This document shows, piece after piece, positions 51,350-60,424 of a stretch of DNA of 64,000 nucleotides. Below the pieces are notes generated by a model. It made no database searches. It saw only the letters and a program-made list of their open reading frames with translations, and had not been told where the DNA came from. Origin of the DNA: a candidate division WOR-3 bacterium (GTDB lineage: Bacteria; Hydrothermota; Hydrothermia; LBFQ01); assembly GCA_027050205.1 (NCBI GenBank), contig JALUCS010000118.1, positions 12,992 through 76,991 of the forward strand, in the 5' to 3' direction. Position numbers and translations under genes: made by a program. Positions within the stretch are counted from its first letter, which is position 1, and every line of letters starts with the position of its first letter.

Positions 51350-51880
51350 ATGTTAGCCCTACTCCTTTTGAGCCAGGTGAATACGGAGGTGAATCCGCCG
51401 GAGCATGGCGAGACCATCAAGAACGCCTACGGTGTCTTCCTTAGCGGGTACTATGGCAAGCGGATAGGTTCCTTCGGAGCCGGTGGTGGCCCGATGGTGG
51501 CCATAGGGAACTGGTACGAGCCTCTGGCCTTCCTCATAACAGCCCATGGCATATACTCCCCGGACAGCGGTACGGGCTTCGCCCTTGACTTCTCAACCCG
51601 CATCCCCGTCCTCGGTCAGAGGGAGTTCACCCAGTCCAACGGTACCTTCGCGTACCTATCCTTCGGTCTGGGTATAATGGGGGTTCCGGGGATAGTGGAG
51701 CAGAACTTCAACTTCTACAAGCTCCGCCCGGACGTCCTCCTCGGCGCTGGCTTTGAGTGGGCGGTCTCCCCGGAGGTCTCCATCCTGGCCCAGGTCCGGT
51801 ACGACATCCTCGGTGTGAGGGACTGGATTAAGGAGAACCTCGTAGTGGCCCACCTGGGGCTTCTGATTTACGGGAGGTAG
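51350..51880 (+). CDS. Small outer-membrane beta-barrel-like protein
   Basis: Amphipathic Gly/aromatic strands AYLSFGLG, GAGFEW, QVRY. Confidence 0.65.
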   Translation: MLALLLLSQVNTEVNPPEHGETIKNAYGVFLSGYYGKRIGSFGAGGGPMVAIGNWYEPLAFLITAHGIYSPDSGTGFALDFSTRIPVLGQREFTQSNGTFAYLSFGLGIMGVPGIVEQNFNFYKLRPDVLLGAGFEWAVSPEVSILAQVRYDILGVRDWIKENLVVAHLGLLIYGR

Positions 51881-51888
51881 CCTCCCCC

Positions 51889-52821
51889 TTGAGGGAGAGG
51901 GTGTTGGGAGGTCTCCTCGGCCATGCTATAGGGGATGCCATCGGTTTCCCCTACGAGGGGGTGAGCAGGGAGGTCTTGAGGCGGAGGCCAGTTGAAGGTA
52001 TGCCAGCGGTGGTGAGGGTGTCGGACGATACCGCCCTTATGCTATGCACGGCCCGGAACCTGTGCGAGGTCGGGGTAGACCCGGAGGACCTCGCACGCCG
52101 CTTCGTTGGATGGTTGGAGAGGGGGGAATGTACCCCGGACGGTGCGGCCATAGGGGTGGGGAGGACGACCTACGAGGCCATAAAACGGATAGCCTCCGGC
52201 ACCCCTCCCCTCCTCGCCGGGGGAAGGGGGGAAAGGGACAACGGCAACGGCTCCCTCATGAGGATGCTCCCCTTGGTGTTCTACCTCTACGGGAGGCCAT
52301 CGGAGGAGCTCCTTGAGGTGATCGGGGCTTACTCCTCCGTAACCCACGCCCACCGGAGGAGCGTCATAGCCTGCCACATCTACGTCCTCTTCGGCATAAA
52401 CCTCTGCAGCGGCCTGAACCTTGAGGAGGCCCTCGGTAGGACGGTGGAGGAGGTAAGGAGGGTGTGGGAGGGGGACGGGGAACTCGGCCATTACTCCCGG
52501 ATACTGGACGGCTCTATAGTTAAGGTACCGGAGGAGGAGGTGGTGTCCAACGGCTACGTCATACATACCCTTGAGGCCACCCTCTGGACCCTGTTCCGGA
52601 CGTCCTCCTTTAGGGAGGCCGTCTTGCGGGCCGTCAACCTCGGTGGGGACACGGACACCGTCGCCGCCCTCGTCGGTGGGCTGGCTGGGATCCTGTACGG
52701 GATCGGAGGGATACCGGAGGAGTGGGTGCGGGCCGTCCCCTTGAGGGAGGAGTTGGAGAGCCTCGCCCTGTGCCTGTTCGGGTTCTGTCGGGGGGAGGGG
52801 GTTTCAGGAACTGAAAGTTGA
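51889..52821 (+). CDS. ADP-ribosylglycohydrolase (DraG/ARH family)
   Basis: GDAIG, SDDT, GNGSLMR, THAH, GGDTDT. Confidence 0.95.
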   Translation: MRERVLGGLLGHAIGDAIGFPYEGVSREVLRRRPVEGMPAVVRVSDDTALMLCTARNLCEVGVDPEDLARRFVGWLERGECTPDGAAIGVGRTTYEAIKRIASGTPPLLAGGRGERDNGNGSLMRMLPLVFYLYGRPSEELLEVIGAYSSVTHAHRRSVIACHIYVLFGINLCSGLNLEEALGRTVEEVRRVWEGDGELGHYSRILDGSIVKVPEEEVVSNGYVIHTLEATLWTLFRTSSFREAVLRAVNLGGDTDTVAALVGGLAGILYGIGGIPEEWVRAVPLREELESLALCLFGFCRGEGVSGTES

Positions 52822-52907
52822 ACTTCAAGGGATTGGAACCGGCATTTGGGATTACACTACTTTGAGTTCCGAAAGGGGTTCGGGCGCCGATGGGGTCTCT
52901 CACTTTC

Positions 52908-53554
52908 AAGGCCGAAACGCCGCTGAAAGGTCTTTGAACGGTCCAGTCAAGGGAAAGGCTCGTACGGGAATGGGGCGGTTTGACATCGGCTGCGTATCCG
53001 CAAAACGCCTCGTTATCCTCGGTGTGAATTTTAGTATCACACCTTCAAGTTATCATATGCATCAATTTTTGGACGAAATTTTGTTATACAAAACCAAAAA
53101 TCCTGCAAAACTGCAATATTTTTGGATGATGGGCCGAATATTGCAATGCCCGACCTTGTGGTGCATTCCAAGATCGGCTACGGCATCCCTCCTCTAAGGT
53201 CCGGGTATTACGCCGATAGAACGGGCATTCAGAAGTCGCAATTGGACTTCCAAAAATCGGGTATTACGCTGATGGGGTGATAGCCTACCTGTCAAACCGA
53301 AGCCCGACCAAGGGAAAGGCTCGTATAGGGGGTAGAACAGGGTTCCATTCAAAATCGGCCGAATACACCGGATAGGATTCCACCGATGGAATGACGATTA
53401 CTCTATGGACCCATCAAATGGGAAAATACTACACATTTTCGTTATTTTTGTGAAAAATTTCTACATCTTATACCGTTTTTATCCATATCCCAAAGATGAG
53501 GAAGTGATGTTAGAAGTCCTATGTGGATTCGGACAGCGGATAGGTATCCCCCTA
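52908..53554. repeat. Non-coding island with internal direct repeats and blocks shared with the 1.5 kb and 20.8 kb islands
   Basis: CAAGGGAAAGGCTCGTA at 52948 and 53309; CGGGTATTACGC at 53202 and 53258. Confidence 0.7.
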
Positions 53555-53569
53555 CGCAAGTTTGAACGC

Positions 53570-54457
53570 CTACCCCGACCGGCCGAAGGCCAGAGAGCGA
53601 ATGAGGGATCGGGCGGAGGCTACGTCCTCCTCTATCTGCTTTTTCAAGGCCTCCACCGACGGGAACTTCCTCGGCGGCCTCAATCGGGCGACGAACTCCA
53701 CGGTCAGGGAAGACGGTACGTCCCCCTCGTAATCCAGTACGTGGGCCTCTACGCTTCGGGTGAAGCCGAGGGTGGGACGGGGGCCGATGTGCATCACCGC
53801 CCACCTAAGGAGTTGAGGGACGAAGACCACATAGACCCCATCGGCCGGTACCAGTTTCTCCGGTGGTACCTCAAGGTTGGCCGTGGGGAAGCCTATCTCC
53901 CTACCCTTCCCCATCCCCCTCACCACCCTACCGCTAAGGCTGTAGTACCTTCCGAGGAAGCGGGCCGCCTCCTCCACCTTTCCCTCCTTGAGTAGCCCCC
54001 TGACGAGGGAGGAGCTGACCACCTTGCCGTCCATTACGAACGGTGGGAAGAGGTGAAGCTCCACGGGGTACTCCCCTATGTGGTTTATTATCCACTCCGG
54101 GGAACCCTCTCTCCCCCTGCCGAAACGGTGGTTGAAGCCCATTAGGATCCGCCTGACGTGGAAGTGGGTTATGAGGACGTCCATAAACTCACCGGCCGTA
54201 AGGGACTTGTGTTCCCTCTCAAGGAGGAGGGCGGCGTCTATGCCCATGCCCTTCAGGGCGGCGAGTTTCTCCTTCGGTGTAAAGAGGAGGTCCCTATCCA
54301 AGGACGGGTGGGTACGGAAGGTCACGACCATACCCCTGTAAGGGGAGGAGAGGCACTCCTTTAGGATCTTCCGATGGGCTACGTGGAGTCCGTCAAAGGA
54401 GCCGACGGCGGCGCAGGTCGGCCTTGGGCTGTAGTCCTGCGGCCTAAGGATTTTCAC
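53570..54457 (-). CDS. ribF: Riboflavin kinase/FAD synthetase
   Basis: GSFDGLHVAH, VSSS.VR, GFPTANL, GPRPT, VEAH. Confidence 0.95.
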   Translation of the reverse strand: MKILRPQDYSPRPTCAAVGSFDGLHVAHRKILKECLSSPYRGMVVTFRTHPSLDRDLLFTPKEKLAALKGMGIDAALLLEREHKSLTAGEFMDVLITHFHVRRILMGFNHRFGRGREGSPEWIINHIGEYPVELHLFPPFVMDGKVVSSSLVRGLLKEGKVEEAARFLGRYYSLSGRVVRGMGKGREIGFPTANLEVPPEKLVPADGVYVVFVPQLLRWAVMHIGPRPTLGFTRSVEAHVLDYEGDVPSSLTVEFVARLRPPRKFPSVEALKKQIEEDVASARSLIRSLAFGRSG

Positions 54458-56951
54458 CTTCCACCTCGTAGGTGGAGTAGTAGGCCTTACCTAACTCCTC
54501 GCGGAGGAGAAGGAGGCCCTTCCCCGGCCCGTACTTAACGTTCAGGACGGGGTCCTCCAGGGTGCGACCTATCCGCTCGTAGGGCAGGTTCCTCCGGGAG
54601 AGGTAGACCTCCAGTTCCCTCGGCATGGACGTGGTGAGTACCACCTTGGGGACGGTCTCGGAGAAGAGGTCGCCCAGACCGTCTACGGATACGTCCAGAC
54701 CCCCCTCACCGAGGAGTACCATCTCCGATAGGGCGGCGAACAGTCCCCCTTCGGAAACGTCGTGGGCGTTTATGACGAGTCCGAGCTTGATCATCTCGGA
54801 GAGGGCGGAGATGAGGTCCCGGAGGTAGTGGAGGTCGTAGTTGTGGGCCTCCGGTTTCCGGTAGTACCTGTACAGGACGTTCTCGTCTATATCCTCAAGG
54901 GGGAACTCCTCAAGGAGGGCCGAGAGGAACTCGCTCCCTCCGAGGTCAAAGAGGTTGGCGGGGAAGCCAACCGTATAGACGTAGAGGTCGCTCCTGTTTA
55001 TGCCAACCTTAGGGACGGAGAAGACGTCCCTAACCAACCCCACGGCCCCCACTATGAGGGTGGGGAACACCTTCTTGCCCTCCGTCTCGTTGTAGAGGCT
55101 GACGTTTCCGGATACGACGGGTATGCCGAAGAATCGGGCGAAGTCCCCCAGACCTTTCAGGGCTTCCTGGAGGCTGTAGTAGGTGTCGGGGTCCTCCGGT
55201 GAGGGGAAGTTGACCCCATCCGTGAAACCTATCACCTCCCCACCGCCAAGGACGACGTTGAGGACGGACTCAAGGGCTACCTTCTGGGCGCCCCAGTAGG
55301 GATCAATGGCGAGGTACTTCCCGTTGCCGTCCACACTTACGGCGATGGCGTAGTTCTTCCCCTTTATGCGTATGACGGCGGCGTCCCCGCTCCCCGGCCC
55401 CACCACCGTGTCCGTCCCCACCATGTGGTCGTACTGCCGGTATATCCACCTCTTGGAGGCCACGTTGGGGTGGGACAGGACCTTCAGGGCTACCCTGCGG
55501 ACGTACCTCTCGCTCAAGAGGGCGTCCGGGTCCCTCTTAGAGGAGGCTATCCGGTGCAGGAAGGTGTGGTAGTCCTCTATCAGCCTCGTACTCTCCCTAA
55601 GCTCCTCCCCACGGTCCCCCGAAAGGGCCGCCCTCTGGATTCGGAAGGTCTCCCTCTTTATCTCGGTGTCGGCCCAGTGGAGGCCCACCCTGTCGCCCAC
55701 CGGGAAGGTGGAGAAGCCGTAGATCTGGAGTATCGCTCCGAGCCTCGTCCTCTTTCTGCCCGATGCCTTCCTGTAGGTGGCAACGAGGCGGGAGACTATC
55801 CGGAGGTACTCCCACAGGGAGGGAGGGGAAGGCTCTGCTATCCATTCGGGTACGGGTAGGCCGGAGAAGAGGAAGCCCAGGGGAAGCTCCGCCACCGTCT
55901 CGTTCCCGTCCTTTATCCGGAAGACCTTCTCCTCTATCACCTTCCCCACTACGGCGGCCGTCAGGCCCCACCTCCTGAAGATTTCAATCACCTCCTCCTC
56001 CTTACCCGCCTCAACGCACATCACCATCCTCTCCTGACTCTCGGAGAGGACAATCTCGTAAGGTGTCAGGGGTCCCCGTGTCGGGACCCTGTCCGTGTAA
56101 AGTTCAACACCCACCCCACCGTTCCGGGCCATCTCCGGTAGGGCAGTTGATAGGCCACCGGCTCCGAGGTCCTGAAGGCCTAAGACCTGCGGTAGTTTGA
56201 CCGCTTCTAAGGTGGCCTCTATCAGGAGTTTCTCCACGAAAGGGTCCCCTATCTGGACGGCGGGGCGGTTCTCGGATACGTCCCCCTCAAAGGTCTGGGA
56301 GGCGAAGGAGGCCCCCATTATCCCGTCCGGACCCGTGGGGGCGCCCACGAGGAGGATGCTGTTCCCTACCCCCTTGAGTACCCCCTCCTTCAGGTACCTC
56401 CTCTCCCCGACACCTACGCACATGACGTTGACCAGAGGGTTGTCCTCGTACGTCCCGCTCACGAACACCTCCCCCCCTACGACGGGGACGCCTATGGAGT
56501 TGCCGTACCACGAGATCCCCTCAACTACCCCCTTCATAAGCCGGAGGGACTTCTTACTCCTACGGAAATCTCCGAAACGGAGGGAGTCTAAGAGGGCCAC
56601 CGGCCTGACCCCCATACTCAAGACGTCCCGCACTATCCCCCCCACCCCGGTTGCTGCCCCGTGCTTAGGTTCAACGGCCGAAGGGTGGTTGTGGCTCTCT
56701 ATCTTGAAGGCCACCACCGTATCCTCGTCCAAAGCGAGGACGCCGGCACCCGCCCCCGGCCCCTTAACCGTCCTCTCCGACTCCGATGGCAGTCGCCTAA
56801 GGAACCTCTTGGATGACTTGTAGGAGCAATGCTCCGACCAGTTCAGGGCGAAGATACCCAGCTCTATCTCCGTAGGCTCCCTTCCGAGGAGGTCGGTTAT
56901 GGTACGGTACTCCCTTTCGCTCAACCCCATAGCCAAGGCCCTCTCTAACAT
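54444..56951 (-). CDS. purL: FGAM synthase subunit PurL (small type) with internal insertion
   Basis: WSEHCSYKSS, ESHNHPS, QDLGAGG, SESQERM, SGNVSLYN, HDVSEGG. Confidence 0.96.
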   Translation of the reverse strand: MLERALAMGLSEREYRTITDLLGREPTEIELGIFALNWSEHCSYKSSKRFLRRLPSESERTVKGPGAGAGVLALDEDTVVAFKIESHNHPSAVEPKHGAATGVGGIVRDVLSMGVRPVALLDSLRFGDFRRSKKSLRLMKGVVEGISWYGNSIGVPVVGGEVFVSGTYEDNPLVNVMCVGVGERRYLKEGVLKGVGNSILLVGAPTGPDGIMGASFASQTFEGDVSENRPAVQIGDPFVEKLLIEATLEAVKLPQVLGLQDLGAGGLSTALPEMARNGGVGVELYTDRVPTRGPLTPYEIVLSESQERMVMCVEAGKEEEVIEIFRRWGLTAAVVGKVIEEKVFRIKDGNETVAELPLGFLFSGLPVPEWIAEPSPPSLWEYLRIVSRLVATYRKASGRKRTRLGAILQIYGFSTFPVGDRVGLHWADTEIKRETFRIQRAALSGDRGEELRESTRLIEDYHTFLHRIASSKRDPDALLSERYVRRVALKVLSHPNVASKRWIYRQYDHMVGTDTVVGPGSGDAAVIRIKGKNYAIAVSVDGNGKYLAIDPYWGAQKVALESVLNVVLGGGEVIGFTDGVNFPSPEDPDTYYSLQEALKGLGDFARFFGIPVVSGNVSLYNETEGKKVFPTLIVGAVGLVRDVFSVPKVGINRSDLYVYTVGFPANLFDLGGSEFLSALLEEFPLEDIDENVLYRYYRKPEAHNYDLHYLRDLISALSEMIKLGLVINAHDVSEGGLFAALSEMVLLGEGGLDVSVDGLGDLFSETVPKVVLTTSMPRELEVYLSRRNLPYERIGRTLEDPVLNVKYGPGKGLLLLREELGKAYYSTYEVEGENP

Positions 56952-56964
56952 AAGGACGGGAATT

Positions 56965-58203
56965 CTAAGGGGAACCTACCCTGTCCCGGACCCATACGAG
57001 GGGCAGGAGGAGGAGGGTAAAGCTCCCCACCATAGCGAGGGCCAAACCGACGCCGAGGGTGTCGGCGAGGTAGCCTATTACGGGGGCGAGGAGTCCGGCG
57101 TAGAGGGTCCGCAGGCTACTCTCAACGCTCAAGGCCGTGGCGACGGTGTCTTCGGGGACGGTATCGGAGATGTAGGCCAGGGTTATGGGCCTACGGACGT
57201 TCTGGATGAGGTAGAGGAGGAGGAACATCAGGACGGAGAGCCACTTCAGGGAGAGGTGGAAGGTCAGGCCCGCAAGGAGGACGGACAGGCTCCCCGCGGC
57301 GTAGGTCAGGTTTACGGCCATTCCCTCCCTCTTGCGGAGGAGGTCCCTCAACCTGTACGCGTTCTCCGAGGCGATGGAGTTGAGGATGTATATCACCCCG
57401 TAGACGATGCCGACGAGGAGGGCCGTCCTCTCCTGACCGTTGAGGTAGAGGAGTACAGGGAGGGCCAAGGCGAGGCCCTTGAGGACGGGCTGGAGGTAGT
57501 CCTTCGTAGCTCGGAAAAGCCCCATATAGACGGAGGAGTTGAGCAGGACCCTAACGTAATCTCCACTCTTCAGGAAGGAGAAGATCTGTAGGATGGGGAG
57601 CCGTCCCTCCCTTCTCTTACGCTTTACAAGGCGGTCCAGGGCCGGGGGGTAGGTCGCCAGATTTACGAGGTTTATGACGTAGGGGATGGAGCTAAGGGCG
57701 AAGACCCACCTGTAGGTATGGGTGAGGAAGACCAGGAGGGCGGCGAGGAGGACGTTGACGGCCGAACCCCTCTGGGACCAGCTCCTCGTACCGCCGTAGT
57801 ACTCCACCTTAAGGTGGGACCACCCCCTCATCTTCAAATATGCGAGGATCAGGGCCTTGTGGGTCCCGCTCCGGAGGGCGTCTCCCAGACCGTACAGGAA
57901 CATAGCGAGGGCGAAGGGGTAGAAGGAGGAGGTGAGGGTGAAGAGGGCGAAGGAGAGGAGGTAGGTTAGCATAGACAGGACCATAGTGACCCGGCGGCCA
58001 ACGGTGTCGGCGAGGACGCCCGTAGGAACGTCTAAGAGGTTGGTCGTCAGCTCCCTGACGGTGTAGAGGATGCCGATCTGGAGGAAGGTTAGGCCCTGCT
58101 CCCGAAAGAAGAGGATTAGGAAAGGCTCAAACAGGCGTAGGTTCTTAAGGAAGCCGTAGGCGGCAAACCGCCAGAACATCGGATCCCGCTTCCAAGCCTT
58201 CAA
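56965..58203 (-). CDS. MFS transporter
   Basis: GVLADTVGRR motif A, ~12 TM; TTG start 8 nt after TAGAAT. Confidence 0.9.
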   Translation of the reverse strand: MKAWKRDPMFWRFAAYGFLKNLRLFEPFLILFFREQGLTFLQIGILYTVRELTTNLLDVPTGVLADTVGRRVTMVLSMLTYLLSFALFTLTSSFYPFALAMFLYGLGDALRSGTHKALILAYLKMRGWSHLKVEYYGGTRSWSQRGSAVNVLLAALLVFLTHTYRWVFALSSIPYVINLVNLATYPPALDRLVKRKRREGRLPILQIFSFLKSGDYVRVLLNSSVYMGLFRATKDYLQPVLKGLALALPVLLYLNGQERTALLVGIVYGVIYILNSIASENAYRLRDLLRKREGMAVNLTYAAGSLSVLLAGLTFHLSLKWLSVLMFLLLYLIQNVRRPITLAYISDTVPEDTVATALSVESSLRTLYAGLLAPVIGYLADTLGVGLALAMVGSFTLLLLPLVWVRDRVGSP

Positions 58204-59210
58204 AGGGGGGAATTCTAACGGTGGGTATCCGGCGGATAGGGGGAGGATACTGCTCCGAGTTCGGGAACTTCCCTTCGGGGGTGCAACTGGCACCGTTCGG
58301 GGAACCCTTGGTATTACAGGGACTTACCTTCAATAAAGTGATAGTCGCACTTCAGGATCGTTGCAGCCCTATTGCAATGTTTTGAACGGCATCGTGTTCA
58401 ACTTCAACCCCTTCCAGAGCCGGGTTTCAAACGGAGGTCGCCAAAACGGGGGATGCGGCCCTACGGCGGGATAAGTTCGTAGGGACTTACCGACCATCAC
58501 CGTTGAGCAGATCGCCCTTATGACGAACCTTGAAAGACATCGGGAAGAGTCCATCTTTGGATAAAATCGCCAACACGGACAAATTTGTGCGAGAGACCTC
58601 CTGAAGATGGTCATCACTCCATCCCCTGCATCTGTACTGCGGGGAGGCTATCTGGTACTGCCCCGCTCCATCCACACCTTCAAAAACTGAATGTAGTCCG
58701 TTTGATAGATTTTGAAACACCACGGCGTCCTATCTCCGAGAAGTTGAAACTAAATTTCGGGAAATGCGATTGTCAGAAGGCGTCAAAGACACCTACGATA
58801 CGGTTCTTTCCATACTATTCTCCGAATACCGACAAACCTTTGAAAACGGAAATCTGCATCTTTACCGCCTAAACGGGGATAGTACTACACCGATGGGAAG
58901 GCTATCGTTTGAGGTCGTATCGGGCGAAGACGTGGAGACATCTCCGCTATTTCAAAACCCGGAATTGCACTTCAGAACCTTTTCACCTCCCTATAACGAA
59001 CCCTCCTCAACTGTCTCACTTTTCAGCGTATTTATGTAAAGGTGCAACACTCCATCCACTCAAGGAAAAGTGAGGCATCCTCACCAAATATTGGCAAATT
59101 AACCTGGAATTTCACCACAGTATCCTAAACACCCACAAAGAACGGTTCAAAATTTTGAGTAAATCCACTATACGTTGTCATACGCATCCGAACGCCCTTA
59201 AAATTTCCGT

Positions 59211-59609
59211 ATGAGGTTGATGTGGGAGGACCTCGCCCTCCTGTTCTTGAGGGTCTCTGTGTCTGCTATGATGCTCATGCACGGCGTAGGCAAGCTGGCC
59301 GACCCCGGTTCCTTCGTAAATCTGATAGAGATGAGCCTACGGACCGGCCCTCTATCCGTCCCCCTAGCCTACCTCTCCATCCTCGCCGAAACCCTCTTCC
59401 CCGCCCTCGTCATCTTGGGCGTCCTCGTTAGGGTCTCCGCCCTGATCTCCGCCATCAACATGCTCGTAGCCGTCTTTGTCTTCCACATCCTCATCAAAGG
59501 CGACCCCTTCTTAGCTTGGGAAAAGGCCGCACTCTACGCTGTCGTCTTCCTGTACCTCGCTATGGTCGGAGGGGGACGCTACACCATCTTAGGTGCCTTT
59601 CGTGTTTAG
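59211..59609 (+). CDS. DoxX-family membrane protein
   Basis: FLRV...HGVGKL, AE, GGGRYT. Confidence 0.9.
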   Translation: MRLMWEDLALLFLRVSVSAMMLMHGVGKLADPGSFVNLIEMSLRTGPLSVPLAYLSILAETLFPALVILGVLVRVSALISAINMLVAVFVFHILIKGDPFLAWEKAALYAVVFLYLAMVGGGRYTILGAFRV

Positions 59610-59621
59610 AATAAACCCTGT

Positions 59622-59972
59622 ATGACGGAGAAAGGTTGGTGGATACTCGTAGATAAGGACGGCCTCATCGTAGACGGTGAAGGAAAGCCTAAGGAGGAGC
59701 TGGAGTACTTCGCCGCCGTAATAACCTTCGCCATATTGAGCCTACGTAAGGCCATATGGGAGGAGATGGAGGACACCATCTCCGAGATCTCCTTCAAGGT
59801 ATCGGAGAAGGGCCTTATCTTCCACATCCTTCCCCTTGAGGAGAGCGGCCTCTTCTTAATAACGGCCATGCCGGAGGATATGCCCCTCGGCCTCATCCGG
59901 CTACGCACCAAGGAGCTTTACGACCGCGCCAAGTCTATGGTCAAATCCTTGAAACCCCAGCGTAAGATATGA
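59622..59972 (+). CDS. Roadblock/LC7-like protein
   Basis: ILVDKDGLIV and LGLIR patterns. Confidence 0.6.
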   Translation: MTEKGWWILVDKDGLIVDGEGKPKEELEYFAAVITFAILSLRKAIWEEMEDTISEISFKVSEKGLIFHILPLEESGLFLITAMPEDMPLGLIRLRTKELYDRAKSMVKSLKPQRKI

Positions 59973-60424
59973 TCAGGTGGAGCGATAGGATCGCCACCGG
60001 GGTACCCAAGATAGACGTCCAGCACAAGGTCCTGATTCGGAACTTCAACCTCTTAGAGGAGCGGATAAACTCCCGCACCCTGACCTACGACAACCTCAAG
60101 GAGCTACTGCTCTTCCTCCTAAAGTACGCCGAATGGCACTTCGGCAGAGAGGAGGAGTGCGCTGCGGAGCATCGCTGCTACATCGCCGAGCTGAACAGGA
60201 GACAGCACGAGTGGTACATAAGCCGCTTTACGGAGCTGTACGAGGAGTTTAAGGCTGTAGAGGATTGGACGGAGGAGCGTCTCTACGAGTGGGCGGCTAC
60301 GGTGCATAAGGAGTTGAGCGAGTGGTTGCTCAAACACGTCGTGCGGACGGACAGACACATAGGGGTGTGCCTCGGTAAGTTGAAACGAGAAGAGGTTCCC
60401 CCTCCCGAAGAGAAACTATCCTAA
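59969..60424 (+). CDS. Bacteriohemerythrin-like protein
   Basis: W...TGVPKIDVQH, HFGREE, WLLKHV..TD. Confidence 0.9.
   Translation: MIRWSDRIATGVPKIDVQHKVLIRNFNLLEERINSRTLTYDNLKELLLFLLKYAEWHFGREEECAAEHRCYIAELNRRQHEWYISRFTELYEEFKAVEDWTEERLYEWAATVHKELSEWLLKHVVRTDRHIGVCLGKLKREEVPPPEEKLS

Noticed and set aside
51889..52821. ADP-ribosylglycohydrolase as part of a toxin-antitoxin or defence system
   Set aside because: No ADP-ribosyltransferase or other defence gene is adjacent; host-like composition.
52822..53569. CRISPR array or integron attC array in the non-coding islands
   Set aside because: Repeats are only 12-17 nt, occur two or three times with irregular spacing, and no cas or integrase genes or attC core pairs are present.
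55530..55825. Intein in PurL
   Set aside because: No splice-junction residues or endonuclease motifs.
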